Shown: piece after piece, positions 1 through 9,444 of the stretch
Layout of the letters: every line of letters starts with the position of its first letter
Numbering within the stretch: position 1 is the first letter of the stretch
Assembly (NCBI GenBank): GCA_965199955.1
Contig: CBDATQ010000002.1
Location: 1,130,374 to 1,194,373, forward strand
DNA length: 64,000 bases
DNA from: Spirochaetia bacterium
Lineage (GTDB): Bacteria > Spirochaetota > Spirochaetia > SZUA-6 > Bin103
Direction of reading: 5' to 3'
Program-made: the position numbers and the translations under genes
Notes under the pieces: model-generated
The model's database searches: none
What the model was told of the DNA's origin: nothing
The model's input: the letters and a program-made list of their open reading frames with translations, nothing else

Positions 1-1
1 G

Positions 2-1798
2 GAGTACAGCGAAGCGCCGGTCCTGCAGGCCATGGTGGCGGACGGCACGCTGCCCGCCGTCGCCGACCGCCTGCCGCTGGAGCCGGCGGTGGTAGCCCCC
101 GCGGAAGCGGTGGGTCAGTACGGCGGCACCTGGCGGCGCGTAGCCACGCGGCCCACGGACAACCGCCTGGCCGACCGGATGGGCTACGAGCCCCTGCTGC
201 GCCGCGCCCGCGACGGCACGGCCGTGGTCGCCAACATCGCCCACCGCTGGGAGGCGAGCCCCGACGGGACTCAGTTCACCTTCCACCTGCGCGAGGGCAT
301 GAAGTGGTCCGACGGCGCGCCGTTCACGGCGGATGACATCGTCTACCAGTTCGAGAACGTCTACTCGAACGAAGAGGTCACCCCGGTGTTCCCGTCGTGG
401 CTGACGGTGAAGACCGTGCCGCCCACCCTGACCAAGGTCGACGATCAGACCATCATCTTCACGTTCGCCGACACCAACGGCCTGTTCGAGGAGGTGCTGA
501 CCTTCCGCGGCGACGGCATCTTCGCTCCCAGGCACTACCTGGAGCAGTTCCACGCCGACTTCACCGACAAGGACAAGCTCAACGAGGCCGCCCAGGCCGA
601 AGGTTTCGAGCTGTGGCATCAGCGCTACGGCCAGTTGAACAACGTGACGCTGAACCAGGACCTCCCGACCATCCGCCCGTGGAGGCTTGCCACTGAGGCG
701 ACCGGCGTGACGCGCCAGATCGCCGAGCGCAACGCCTTCTACTGGAAGGTGGACACGGCCGGCCAGCAGCTCCCGTACATCGACCGCATCGCGATCGACG
801 TGGTGGAGAGCGGCGAGGCCGCCAACTTCAAGGCGATGGCGGGCGAGATCGACATGCAGTCGCGCTACATGAGCTTCGGGAACTTCACGCTGTTCGTCGA
901 GAACGAGGCGGCGGAGGACTACCAGGTGCGGCAGTGGGTCAACCCGATCCCGGACGCGCTGAAGTTCAACCTGACCCACGAGGACGCGGTGCTGCGCGAG
1001 CTGTTCAACGAGCGTGACTTCCGCATCGCCATGTCCAAGGCCATCGACCGCGAGGAGATCAGCGACCTGGTCTACCTGGGCGTCGCCACTCCGTGGCAGG
1101 CGGTCCCGGTCGAGGCAGATCCGTTCTTCGTGCCGCCCGTGCACATCGACTACGATCCGGACGGCGCCAACAAGCTGCTCGACGGCATCGGCCTGACCGC
1201 CCGCGACGGCGACAACATGCGCCTGCGCCCGGACGGGAAGGAGCTGAATATCATCATCTCCTCCTACGGCGCCGAGGAGGCCGGCGGCGGAGCCGACATG
1301 CTGGAGCTGATCAAGGACCATTGGGAGGCGGTCGGCATCCGCACCTCGATCTCGATCGAGGACCGCAGCCTGTGGTCCGAGCGCCGAGCGTCCGGTGAGT
1401 TCATGGTGAACGCCTACCTGACCGTCGGCATTCACTGGTCGATCGACCCCAACTGGTACGTGCCCGTGAGCGGCTCGCAGCACGGCTGGGCGCCCGAGTC
1501 CGCGCGCTGGTACGCCTCGAACGGCGAGGCCGGCGAGGAGCCGACGCCCGAGATCAAGCAGCTCCAGGAGTGGTACGGGCAGATGCAGACCACCGCCGAT
1601 CCGGATGAGCGCATCGCCATCGGCAAGAACATCATCCAGTCGCACGTCGACAACGTGTGGATGATCGGCACGGTCCGCTACCCGGCGGTCGCGATCGTCA
1701 AGAACAACTTCCGCAACGTGCCGGAGACGGTCATCCAGAGCTGGCGCCTGAAGAGCCCCGGCTACACCAACGTGGAGCAGTACTGGATCGAAGGCTGA
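2..1798 (+). CDS. ABC transporter substrate-binding protein, family 5 (oligopeptide/oligosaccharide type); 5' end outside window
   Basis: The frame is open from the window edge (EYSEAPVLQAMVADGTLPAVADRLP...) to the TGA at 1796-1798. Size (>588 aa) and sequence pattern fit SBP_bac_5. A strong hairpin follows. Confidence 0.8.
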   Translation, partial: EYSEAPVLQAMVADGTLPAVADRLPLEPAVVAPAEAVGQYGGTWRRVATRPTDNRLADRMGYEPLLRRARDGTAVVANIAHRWEASPDGTQFTFHLREGMKWSDGAPFTADDIVYQFENVYSNEEVTPVFPSWLTVKTVPPTLTKVDDQTIIFTFADTNGLFEEVLTFRGDGIFAPRHYLEQFHADFTDKDKLNEAAQAEGFELWHQRYGQLNNVTLNQDLPTIRPWRLATEATGVTRQIAERNAFYWKVDTAGQQLPYIDRIAIDVVESGEAANFKAMAGEIDMQSRYMSFGNFTLFVENEAAEDYQVRQWVNPIPDALKFNLTHEDAVLRELFNERDFRIAMSKAIDREEISDLVYLGVATPWQAVPVEADPFFVPPVHIDYDPDGANKLLDGIGLTARDGDNMRLRPDGKELNIIISSYGAEEAGGGADMLELIKDHWEAVGIRTSISIEDRSLWSERRASGEFMVNAYLTVGIHWSIDPNWYVPVSGSQHGWAPESARWYASNGEAGEEPTPEIKQLQEWYGQMQTTADPDERIAIGKNIIQSHVDNVWMIGTVRYPAVAIVKNNFRNVPETVIQSWRLKSPGYTNVEQYWIEG

Positions 1799-1834
1799 CC
1801 GGTACGCAGAACCCCCAAAGGGGTCTACGAACAG

Positions 1835-1875
1835 GAGAGGGCGGCACACTGATTGCCGCCCTCTCTCTGTCTCCG
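1835..1875 (+). terminator. Intrinsic terminator-like hairpin
   Basis: Perfect 12-bp stem GAGAGGGCGGCA / TGCCGCCCTCTC with a 7-nt loop (1835-1865). It is followed by the T-rich TCTGTCTCC, 37 nt after the stop codon. Confidence 0.65.
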
Positions 1876-1922
1876 AATCCCGGGAGCTGATCCAGAATCG
1901 CGGCCGTCGTGTAGCATGCTCC

Positions 1923-3194
1923 ATGCTTCCCGATCAGTTCCTGGTCTTCTACAACTACGATCCCACCGATCCGCCGCGGTTCCACGACGGGCCGATCGAC
2001 GGCGACTACTTCGACTGGCTGTTCGAGATGCTGGCCGGCACCGGGCTGACCTTCCTGTACCGGTGCAACACGGCCGGCCGCGCCTACTACCCGTCGCAGG
2101 CGATGGCACCGTTCGACCATGGCTGTGTCGACCCGCACAACCCGGCGGCGCAGTACTGGCACCGCGTGGCCGACATCCTCGACATCGGCGATCCGCTGGC
2201 CAGCGCCGTGGAGGCGGCGCGCCGGCACGGCGTGCCGATCTGGGGCTGGGTCAACTGGAACGAGTTCCAGTGCGTGCGCCGCGACTACGTGTCCCTGGTG
2301 GACCCGGTCTGGTACGCCGCGCCGCGCAAGTACTGGTGCTCGCGCGACGGGTCGCGCTTCTATCACGGCATTCCCGATTTCGGCGACGCGGAGGTGCAGG
2401 AGCGGCTGGCGGCGATGACCAGCGAGCTCTTGGGCTACGGCATCGACGGCCTCTACCTGTCGACCCGCTCGCATAGCTGGTACGCCTGCTTCGACACCCC
2501 CGGCTGGGACGAGCACCTGGAGCCGTTCGGCTTCACCGACCGCGTGGTCGCCGACTACCGCGAGCGGCACGGCGTGAACATCCGCTACGAACCGTACGAC
2601 ACCGAGGAGTTCTACCGGATCAAGGGCGAGCACTTCTCGGAGGTGATCACCCGCACCGGCAGCCAGATGCACGGCGCCGGCAAGCCGTTCGTGGTGGGCC
2701 TTTCGCCGGACCGCTACGAGCTGTGCGTGGCGTTCGGGGACGGCAGGATGGCCGGGGGCCCGCACCTGCTGCTGTACAAGGACTGGGAGCGCTGGGCGGC
2801 CGACGGGTCGGTGGACGGGATCTGCTCGGAGCGCGCCTGTCCGCACGAGGTGATCCTGGACGCGCCGCCCCTGGAGCTGTTCCGCCGCACCCTGCCGGAG
2901 GGGTTCCCGCTGTTCCTGTGGCTGGACAACGCCCGCTTCATCAACCGCGACTACGGGCCGTTCCACCTGGGCAATTGGGACCGGTACTCGGTCGACGAGG
3001 TGATCGGCATGGTGAGCGCGGCCCGGCAGGCGGGCGCCCGCGGGGCGTTCCTGCACTCGCTGTACCACTACACCTCGCTCGACTCGGGCGGCGAGCCGAT
3101 CGGCGGCCCGGCCGAGGAACCGGGTGGCTACGGCGTGCTGCCGCGCCGGGAGTGCCTGGATGCGCTACGCCGCTGGTCGGCCGCCGATGCCTGA
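1923..3194 (+). CDS. Uncharacterised TIM-barrel, GHL10/DUF187-like putative glycoside hydrolase
   Basis: 423-aa ORF with ATG at 1923 and no signal peptide. It is paralogous to 3187-4779 and 46143-47663 (N-terminal F/L-x-N-x-D pattern, GIDGLYLS-type strand motif). Confidence 0.6.
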   Translation: MLPDQFLVFYNYDPTDPPRFHDGPIDGDYFDWLFEMLAGTGLTFLYRCNTAGRAYYPSQAMAPFDHGCVDPHNPAAQYWHRVADILDIGDPLASAVEAARRHGVPIWGWVNWNEFQCVRRDYVSLVDPVWYAAPRKYWCSRDGSRFYHGIPDFGDAEVQERLAAMTSELLGYGIDGLYLSTRSHSWYACFDTPGWDEHLEPFGFTDRVVADYRERHGVNIRYEPYDTEEFYRIKGEHFSEVITRTGSQMHGAGKPFVVGLSPDRYELCVAFGDGRMAGGPHLLLYKDWERWAADGSVDGICSERACPHEVILDAPPLELFRRTLPEGFPLFLWLDNARFINRDYGPFHLGNWDRYSVDEVIGMVSAARQAGARGAFLHSLYHYTSLDSGGEPIGGPAEEPGGYGVLPRRECLDALRRWSAADA

Positions 3195-4779
3195 TCGGGC
3201 GGGGGAGCCCGGCACGCGAGGCGCGCCGCGCCTCATGTTCTACAACGACGGCCGCCATCCGCTGATCTACCAGCTCGAGCCGCCGATCCGGACGGACGAG
3301 CTCGAGATCGCGGTCGACGAGCTGGCGGGCACGCCGGTCGACGCGCTGATGTTCTGCCTGGGCGACGGCCGCACGGTGCTGCACGATACCGAGGTCGGCG
3401 AGCTCTGGGGCCACAACGTGGCGAGCTGGCCGCACATGATATTCCACCGCGCTCACCGCAACGCCAAGGGGCTGATCGACGCCGGGCACGACCCGCTGAG
3501 GGTCGTCTGCGATCGCGCGCACGCCAAGGGCATGCGCTTCTACCCGACGCTGCTGGTGCAGAACGGCCGTGGCGACGACGACGTGCGCTGCTCGGAGTTC
3601 CGGTTCGCCAACGCCCATCTCGAGATCGGGGCGGACGGCGCGCTGCCGCCCGACCACCCCGCCGCGCGCTGCCTGGACTTCGCCCATGCCGAGGTTCGCG
3701 ACGAGCGCTTCGCGCTGATCGAGGAGACCCTCGGCCGCTACCCCGTGGACGGGTTCGAGCTGCAGCTCGCCTATCGCCCTTGGTACTTTCGTCCGGAGGC
3801 CGTCGACGCCGGCCGGCGGATCATGACCGGGTGGATCGAGCGGGTGCACGCGGCGGTCAAGGCGGGCGGCGCCGAGCGGGAGATGGTCGTGCGCGTGCCG
3901 GCCAGCATCGAGGGGTGCCGCGCCTCCGGCCTCGACGTCGCGGAATGGCTGCGCCTCGGCTTGGTCGACGTGGTGGTAGCCGAAGCCTACGGGGGTCCGG
4001 AGATCCTCGACTCGACTATGGACCTGCGCCCGCTGGTGGCCGCCGCGCGCGGCACGCGGGGTAGGGTACATGTCGCACTGCTCCGCCTGGTCGACTCGGA
4101 CCGCGTGGCTTCGGCGCCGATCGAGATGGTGCGTGCGGCCGCCGCGAACTACTGGGACCAGGGGGTGGACGGCCTCTACCTCGCCTACTGGCACGCGGCC
4201 TGGCCGTACGGCGCCGACTTCTACGAGATACTGCGCGAGCTGCCGCACCCCGACGTGATGGCCGCCAAGGACAAGATCTACTTCGTCCCCACGGCAACCG
4301 GCCGCTTCCCCGACCCGGAGACGGAGCCTGGAGTGGAGCGGCAGCTCCCGGCCCCGCTGACGGCGGGCCGTCCGGCAAGAGCGACGTTCGTGGTGAGCGA
4401 CGACCTGCCGGGGCAGGACGCCGCCGGCAGGCTCCACCAGGTCCTGCTGCGGGTGCGGGTGACGGGCGTCAGCGAGCGCGACCGCCTGACCATCCGCCTC
4501 AACGGCGCGGAGCTGCCGGCGACCGGCGGCCGCATCGTCAACCTGACGGCCAACATAAGCTGGACCCGCCACCGGGTGGCAGGCTACTGGTACCTGTTTC
4601 CGCTGACCGCCGATTGCTGGCCGCGCCGCGGCCGCAACACGCTGGAGGTCACCCTCGACGAGGCGGATCCCGAGCTCGCCACACCGCGCGCCTTGCACGA
4701 CGTCGAGCTCAAGGTCGACTACCTGATCGGCAAAAGCTTCACCCGCGACCGCGACCCCGACTTGGGACCGTTCACGTAG
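3187..4779 (+). CDS. Uncharacterised TIM-barrel, GHL10/DUF187-like putative glycoside hydrolase (paralogue)
   Basis: The ATG at 3187 overlaps the upstream stop (3192-3194) by 8 nt; an alternative ATG lies at 3235 (MFYNDGRHPLIY...). About 530 aa, similar in layout to the 46143-47663 product. Confidence 0.6.
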   Translation: MPDRAGEPGTRGAPRLMFYNDGRHPLIYQLEPPIRTDELEIAVDELAGTPVDALMFCLGDGRTVLHDTEVGELWGHNVASWPHMIFHRAHRNAKGLIDAGHDPLRVVCDRAHAKGMRFYPTLLVQNGRGDDDVRCSEFRFANAHLEIGADGALPPDHPAARCLDFAHAEVRDERFALIEETLGRYPVDGFELQLAYRPWYFRPEAVDAGRRIMTGWIERVHAAVKAGGAEREMVVRVPASIEGCRASGLDVAEWLRLGLVDVVVAEAYGGPEILDSTMDLRPLVAAARGTRGRVHVALLRLVDSDRVASAPIEMVRAAAANYWDQGVDGLYLAYWHAAWPYGADFYEILRELPHPDVMAAKDKIYFVPTATGRFPDPETEPGVERQLPAPLTAGRPARATFVVSDDLPGQDAAGRLHQVLLRVRVTGVSERDRLTIRLNGAELPATGGRIVNLTANISWTRHRVAGYWYLFPLTADCWPRRGRNTLEVTLDEADPELATPRALHDVELKVDYLIGKSFTRDRDPDLGPFT

Positions 4780-4809
4780 GACGACTCACGTCGATGACCA
4801 CGACCGTAA

Positions 4810-5952
4810 TCAGGGCTCCTCGGTGCCGAGGTGCTTGCGCAGCTCGCGGAGGTACCACTCCCGGCCCCGGAGCGGTTTCTTGTGATGCAGGCGCGTCTGC
4901 TTGGGGAGCAGACGTAGGCTGCGGTCGGCCAGCGGCAGGCGCACGGGCGCATACCCCTGCCGGTGCGATTCGCGGATGGCGATCGCCATCTCCAGCACCG
5001 CGCGGCCGTTGATGCCGTCGCTCAGAGGGGCGTCGCCCGCGTCGAGCGCGGTCACGAGCTCCTGCACGGTCGCTGCTTGCCGGTTGGCCGGAATCCCCCA
5101 GCCGTCGCGGCTGCCCTTGTCCCAGTTGCGGATCGACCCTTCAGGGAACACGCCGTCGATCGGCTGCAGGCGCTGCCACGAGTCGCGATCGGCTGCCGGT
5201 GCGCAGGGATCCTCGTCCGCGCGGCGCCACATTCGCACCACGTTGTCGCTGACGCGGATCACGCCGCGGCTGCCGGCCGCCTCGATGCCCATGCCGCGGG
5301 CGTCGGCGCTGCGGTGCAGGATCGCCTCCGTACCGGTGACGAAGCGGAAGTAGCCGGCGCCCCCCTGGTCGTGGTCGCTCTCCGCATCGTTCGCCATCCA
5401 GCCGATCGCCCAGGCGACGTCGGCGTCGCCGGCGAACAGCCGCACCAGGCTCAGCACCTGACAGCCGCCGCCTGACAGCTCGGTGCCGCTGCCGCCGGTG
5501 GCGGTGATCGAGCTCACCTCGCCGATCTCGCCCGCTTCGATGAGCGCCAGCGCGGTGCCGTACTCCGGCAGGTTGCGGTCCAAGTCGCCCACCGCCAACG
5601 AGACGCCGTTCGCCCGGCACGCCTCCACCATGCGGTCGGCGTCCGCCAGGCTGGCCGCCATCGGCTTCTCGCACTGCACCGCCCGGACGCCGGCCTGCGC
5701 GCAGGCCACCACGACGTCGGGGCTGGGGGCCACCGGCAGGATCGCCGCGGCGACGTCGATCCGCTCGCGCGCGAGCATCTCGCGATAGTCGGCGTAACCC
5801 GGCACCCCGAAGCGGTCGCAGAACATGCCCAGCGTCTCCGCGTCGGGGTCGGCCGCCGCGACCACCTCGGTCTGCGGATGGAAACGGTATGCAACCGCGT
5901 ACTCCACCCCCTTGTGGCCGGGGCCGATGATGCCGATGCGATAGCTGGCCAC
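4810..5952 (-). CDS. Gfo/Idh/MocA family oxidoreductase
   Basis: 380 aa with a GTG start at 5952. N-terminal Rossmann motif RIGIIGPGHKG, then the typical EKP-type motif (CEKPMA). Confidence 0.85.
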   Translation of the reverse strand: MASYRIGIIGPGHKGVEYAVAYRFHPQTEVVAAADPDAETLGMFCDRFGVPGYADYREMLARERIDVAAAILPVAPSPDVVVACAQAGVRAVQCEKPMAASLADADRMVEACRANGVSLAVGDLDRNLPEYGTALALIEAGEIGEVSSITATGGSGTELSGGGCQVLSLVRLFAGDADVAWAIGWMANDAESDHDQGGAGYFRFVTGTEAILHRSADARGMGIEAAGSRGVIRVSDNVVRMWRRADEDPCAPAADRDSWQRLQPIDGVFPEGSIRNWDKGSRDGWGIPANRQAATVQELVTALDAGDAPLSDGINGRAVLEMAIAIRESHRQGYAPVRLPLADRSLRLLPKQTRLHHKKPLRGREWYLRELRKHLGTEEP

Positions 5953-5960
5953 CGGCAGAC

Positions 5961-7964
5961 TCTAACCCGAAGTTCCAGAGCGTGAATCTCTCGTAACTTC
6001 ATTGACAGAAATTAGTTGCAAGGTGATCTGCGTGCTGATTGGCGTCGTTTCGTGTCCATGTAGATGGTGGTGAATAGCGGCGAGATACATGCTATTTGAT
6101 CTTGACATATCGTGATTTGTGTGCATGCTGTTGCCACAGATCGGTAGTCATGTACATCGAGTCTGTCCCCAACCGCTCCTCTCCCCCTGCCATCCTGCTC
6201 CGCGAGTCCTACCGCGAGCACGGCAAGGTCAAGAAGCGCACGCTCGCGAACCTCTCCAAATGGCCCCCTGATCTGGTCGACGGCTTGCGCACCCTGCTCA
6301 AGGGCGGCCACGCCTTCGCCTCGGTCTCGGATGCGTTGCTGCTCACGCGCTCGCTGCCCCACGGCCACGTCGCCGCCGTGCTGGGCATCCTCAAGCAGCT
6401 CGGACTCCATACCCTCATCGCCCGCAAGGCCAGCCGCTCGCGCGAGCTGATCATCGCCATGATCACCGCCCGCGTCATCGACGCGCAGTCCAAACTGGCC
6501 ACCGCCCGCGCGCTCTCACCGCCCAGCGCCGTGTCCACCCTGGGCGAGTCGCTGCGGTTGGGGGAGGTCGATGAGAACGAGCTCTACGAGGCGATGGACT
6601 GGTTGGTCGGGCGCCAGGCGGCGATCGAGGACCGCCTGGCCGAACAGCACCTCAGCGAGCACACGCTGGTGCTCTACGACGTGAGCTCGACCTACTTCGA
6701 GGGCAGCCACTGCGAGCTGGCGCAGTTGGGACACAGCCGTGACGGCAAGTCGGGCACGCTGCAGATCGTGTTCGGGCTGCTGTGCACCCAGGAAGGCTGT
6801 CCGGTGGCGGTGGAGGTATTCCCTGGCTCTACCGCCGACCCGAAGACGGTGAGCGCGCAGGTGGACAAGATCCGCACCCGCTTCGGGCTCACGCGGGTGG
6901 TGCTGGTCGGCGACCGCGGGATGCTGAGCGCGGCGAGGATCCGCGAGGACCTGCAAGAGGTGGAGGGGCTGCGCTGGATCACCACGCTGCGCGCGCCGAC
7001 GATCCGCAAGCTGGTGGCCGCCGGCGAGGTGGCGCCGTCGTTGTTCGACGAGCGCGACCTGGCCGAGATCACCAGCGAGGAGTTTCCGGGCGAGCGGCTG
7101 ATCGTGTGCCGCAACCCGTTGCTGGCCGACGAACGGGAGCGCAAGCGCCAGGAGCTGCTACAGGCCACCGAGCAGAAGCTGGCCCCGATCGCTCAGGCCA
7201 CCCAGCGCGTCCATCAGCCGCTACGGGGCGAGGCCGAGATCGGCATGCGGGTCGGCAAGGTGATCAATCACTACAAGGTGGGCAAGCACTTCGTGACCGA
7301 GATCACCTCCGAGTCGTTCAGCTTTCGGCGCGATGAGGCCAAGATCGACGCCGAGCAGGCGCTGGACGGGCTGTACATCGTGCGCAGCAACGTGGAGCCG
7401 CAGGTGCTCGACGCGGCGCAGACGGTGCGCGCCTACAAGGGGCTGTCGAAGGTGGAGCGGGCGTTTCGGTGCATGAAGTCCGTGGACCTGAAGGTGCGCC
7501 CGATTCACCACCGGCGCGCGGATCGAGTGCGGGCGCACGTGCTGCTGTGCATGCTGGCCTACTACGTGGAGTGGCACATGCGGCGCTCGTTGGCGCCGTT
7601 GCTGTTCGACGATCACGATCGACAGGGCGCCGAGCGCAAGCGGGTCTCCGAAGTGGCTCCGGCGCAGCGATCGGCGGCCGCGGCGGCCAAGGCGTCGAGC
7701 AAGCGCACCGAGGACGGGTTGCCGGTGCACAGCTTTCGGACGCTGATCACTGAACTGGGCACGCTGACGGCGAACACGATGCAGGTTGCAGAGGGCGGCA
7801 GCACGTTCACGCTGCACACGCACCCGACGCCGGTTCAGCAGCGCTGTTTCGAGCTGCTTGGGGTCACGCCCCGCATGTAGCCATGCACAGGAACCTGCAC
7901 CATTGAGAAACTACCCTGACCACAAGGACTTCAGGCAATTTCGCTCCTGGAACTTCGGTCTAAC
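5961..7964 (+). mobile_element. IS1634-family (IS4 superfamily) insertion sequence, about 2.0 kb; ends approximate
   Basis: Single DDE transposase ORF flanked by imperfect terminal inverted repeats. The repeats have a perfect 12-bp core: CCGAAGTTCCAG at 5967-5978 and CTGGAACTTCGG at 7947-7958. The interior leader is AT-richer. Confidence 0.75.
6150..7880 (+). CDS. IS1634-family transposase
   Basis: 576 aa starting MYIESVPNRSSPPAILLRESYREHGKVKKRTLANLS..., the characteristic IS1634/IS4-like N-terminus. DDE-type C-terminal region (..VVLVGDRGM.., ..YKGLSKVERAFR..). Confidence 0.85.
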   Translation: MYIESVPNRSSPPAILLRESYREHGKVKKRTLANLSKWPPDLVDGLRTLLKGGHAFASVSDALLLTRSLPHGHVAAVLGILKQLGLHTLIARKASRSRELIIAMITARVIDAQSKLATARALSPPSAVSTLGESLRLGEVDENELYEAMDWLVGRQAAIEDRLAEQHLSEHTLVLYDVSSTYFEGSHCELAQLGHSRDGKSGTLQIVFGLLCTQEGCPVAVEVFPGSTADPKTVSAQVDKIRTRFGLTRVVLVGDRGMLSAARIREDLQEVEGLRWITTLRAPTIRKLVAAGEVAPSLFDERDLAEITSEEFPGERLIVCRNPLLADERERKRQELLQATEQKLAPIAQATQRVHQPLRGEAEIGMRVGKVINHYKVGKHFVTEITSESFSFRRDEAKIDAEQALDGLYIVRSNVEPQVLDAAQTVRAYKGLSKVERAFRCMKSVDLKVRPIHHRRADRVRAHVLLCMLAYYVEWHMRRSLAPLLFDDHDRQGAERKRVSEVAPAQRSAAAAAKASSKRTEDGLPVHSFRTLITELGTLTANTMQVAEGGSTFTLHTHPTPVQQRCFELLGVTPRM

Positions 7965-7965
7965 C

Positions 7966-9317
7966 TCAGCAGGCCAGTCCGTACAGCCGGGCGTCGCCCC
8001 GCAGGCGCACCCGGATCAGCAACCCCCGGCCTACCTGCGGCTGGCGCCGGGCGGTGCCCACGATCGCCGACAGGTCGCTCCGCCCGCCCCAGCTCACCAC
8101 CTGGTCCAGGCCGTCGCCGGACATCGGGTCGCACTCGGCAAGCGTGAAGCCCGGCACCGCGTCCCCGCTCTGGCAATCCACCAGCTCGACGGCGATCGCA
8201 CCGCCGGCGGCATCGGCGTTGATCCGCAGCTCGGGGCGGGCGAAGGCGATCAGCGAGGTGGTCAGCGTGCCCTCCGCTCCGCCGGCGGCAGCCAGCGCCA
8301 GCCAGCGGTCGCGGCGCAGCTTCACGAGCCCGAACGCCGACCGTGTCACGCACATGCCGTCGGTGGCGGGCTCGCCCCAGATGTGGCCGGCGTTCTTGCC
8401 GTAGTAGAAGAGGAACACATCGTCGCCGACGACCTGCGGATTGATGGGGATGATGCAGCCGTCGTCCCAGGCGAGGGGCTGCCGCGGGCGGATGAACGGC
8501 TCGCGGTCAACCCGGGTCCACCGCCGAGAAGCTGACGCCGATGACCCGGTGCTTGGGCATGATGCGCGGCCGCTGCCACAGCACCCAGCGCCGGGTCGCC
8601 GGATCCCAGCCGTGCAGGATCGTGTTGTCCGTGATCAGCGCGCCCGATCCGGCCCAGCCCGGCCGCTGGTGCCACGTCAGCCCGTCGGCCGAGCAGGCGA
8701 CGTACACCCCGCATGCCAGGTGCCGGCCGTGGGTGCGGCACCACTCGTCTTCTCCCTGCGGGCCGGTCCAGGTCAGCTCGCCGGGCCGCAGCGGATGGCG
8801 GTCCAGGCCGATCGCCTTGTAGCGCCGCGCGGGGTCGGGGTCATGCGGGGTCCTTGGCGACGCTCCACAGGATGGCGGCCGACTCGCCGACGCCTTCCAG
8901 GCGCAGCAGGTTGTTGGAGGTGGAGCCGGCGAACTCGGTGAGGCCCAGGCTCGGCCGTTCCCAGGACAGGCCGTCGCGGCTCTCGGCATACGCCCAGCGC
9001 CGCCTCGCCCCCACCGGCGCGTCCGGCAGCGCCGGATCGTAGGCGGGATACCAGCACTTGAACCGGGACTCCTCCGCGTCCCAGAGGATGCAGTTGCGGC
9101 CGATGAGACCCAGGCCTTCCCACGCGGCCTCCGGCTCCAGCACCGGCCCGTCGGCCACGCGCTCGACGCTGCCGGTCACCCGGCGCACCCCGTCCACCCG
9201 GGCGACGTGAAGGTCGTCCAGGAACAGATACGTACGAGCCGGGTAAGCGCCCGTGTCGTGGGGCGAGGGGACAGGAGAGGAGGATACGCTCGTTGGCAAG
9301 GGCACGAACGGTACCAT
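7966..9317 (-). pseudogene. Beta-propeller plus beta-sandwich glycoside-hydrolase-like gene, disrupted by two frameshifts
   Basis: Three successive frames (9317->8841, 8989->8507, about 8515->7966) together align along the intact paralogue 14458-15948. Matching segments include LFLDDLHVARVDGV, DPARRYKA, SADGLTWHQRP, WVLWQRPRI, LVKLRRDRW and LRINADAAGGAIAVELVD. Frame switches lie near 8846 and 8507-8515. Confidence 0.65.
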
Positions 9318-9419
9318 GCCGGTATATCCCGCCGCAGTCCGAGGGCGGCCATGCGTGGCCCACGTCCGGACCGGTCGTCCAGAAGATTCCGGCGCAATTC
9401 AGTGGCGGCCCGCGCGCGG

Positions 9420-9425
9420 TATGAT
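9420..9425 (+). promoter_or_regulatory. Candidate -10 box TATGAT upstream of the PL22-like gene copy 1
   Basis: The sequence GGTATGATGA(C/A)CG is conserved upstream of both duplicated genes; the second copy is at 11718-11723. Confidence 0.35.
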
Positions 9426-9444
9426 GACCGGAGGAGGGATGCAC

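Noticed and set aside
1731-4698. Very long ORFs antisense to, or out of frame with, the called genes. Examples: 1731-3068(-), 2941-4698(-), 8773-10986(-), 26766-28517(+), 29582-30853(+), 35946-38336(+), 52114-53703(+), 53722-55164(+), 62734-63912(-).
   Set aside because: Their translations are Arg/Ala/Gly/Pro-rich low-complexity strings typical of stop-codon-poor alternative frames in high-G+C DNA. Each overlaps a frame with clear family motifs.
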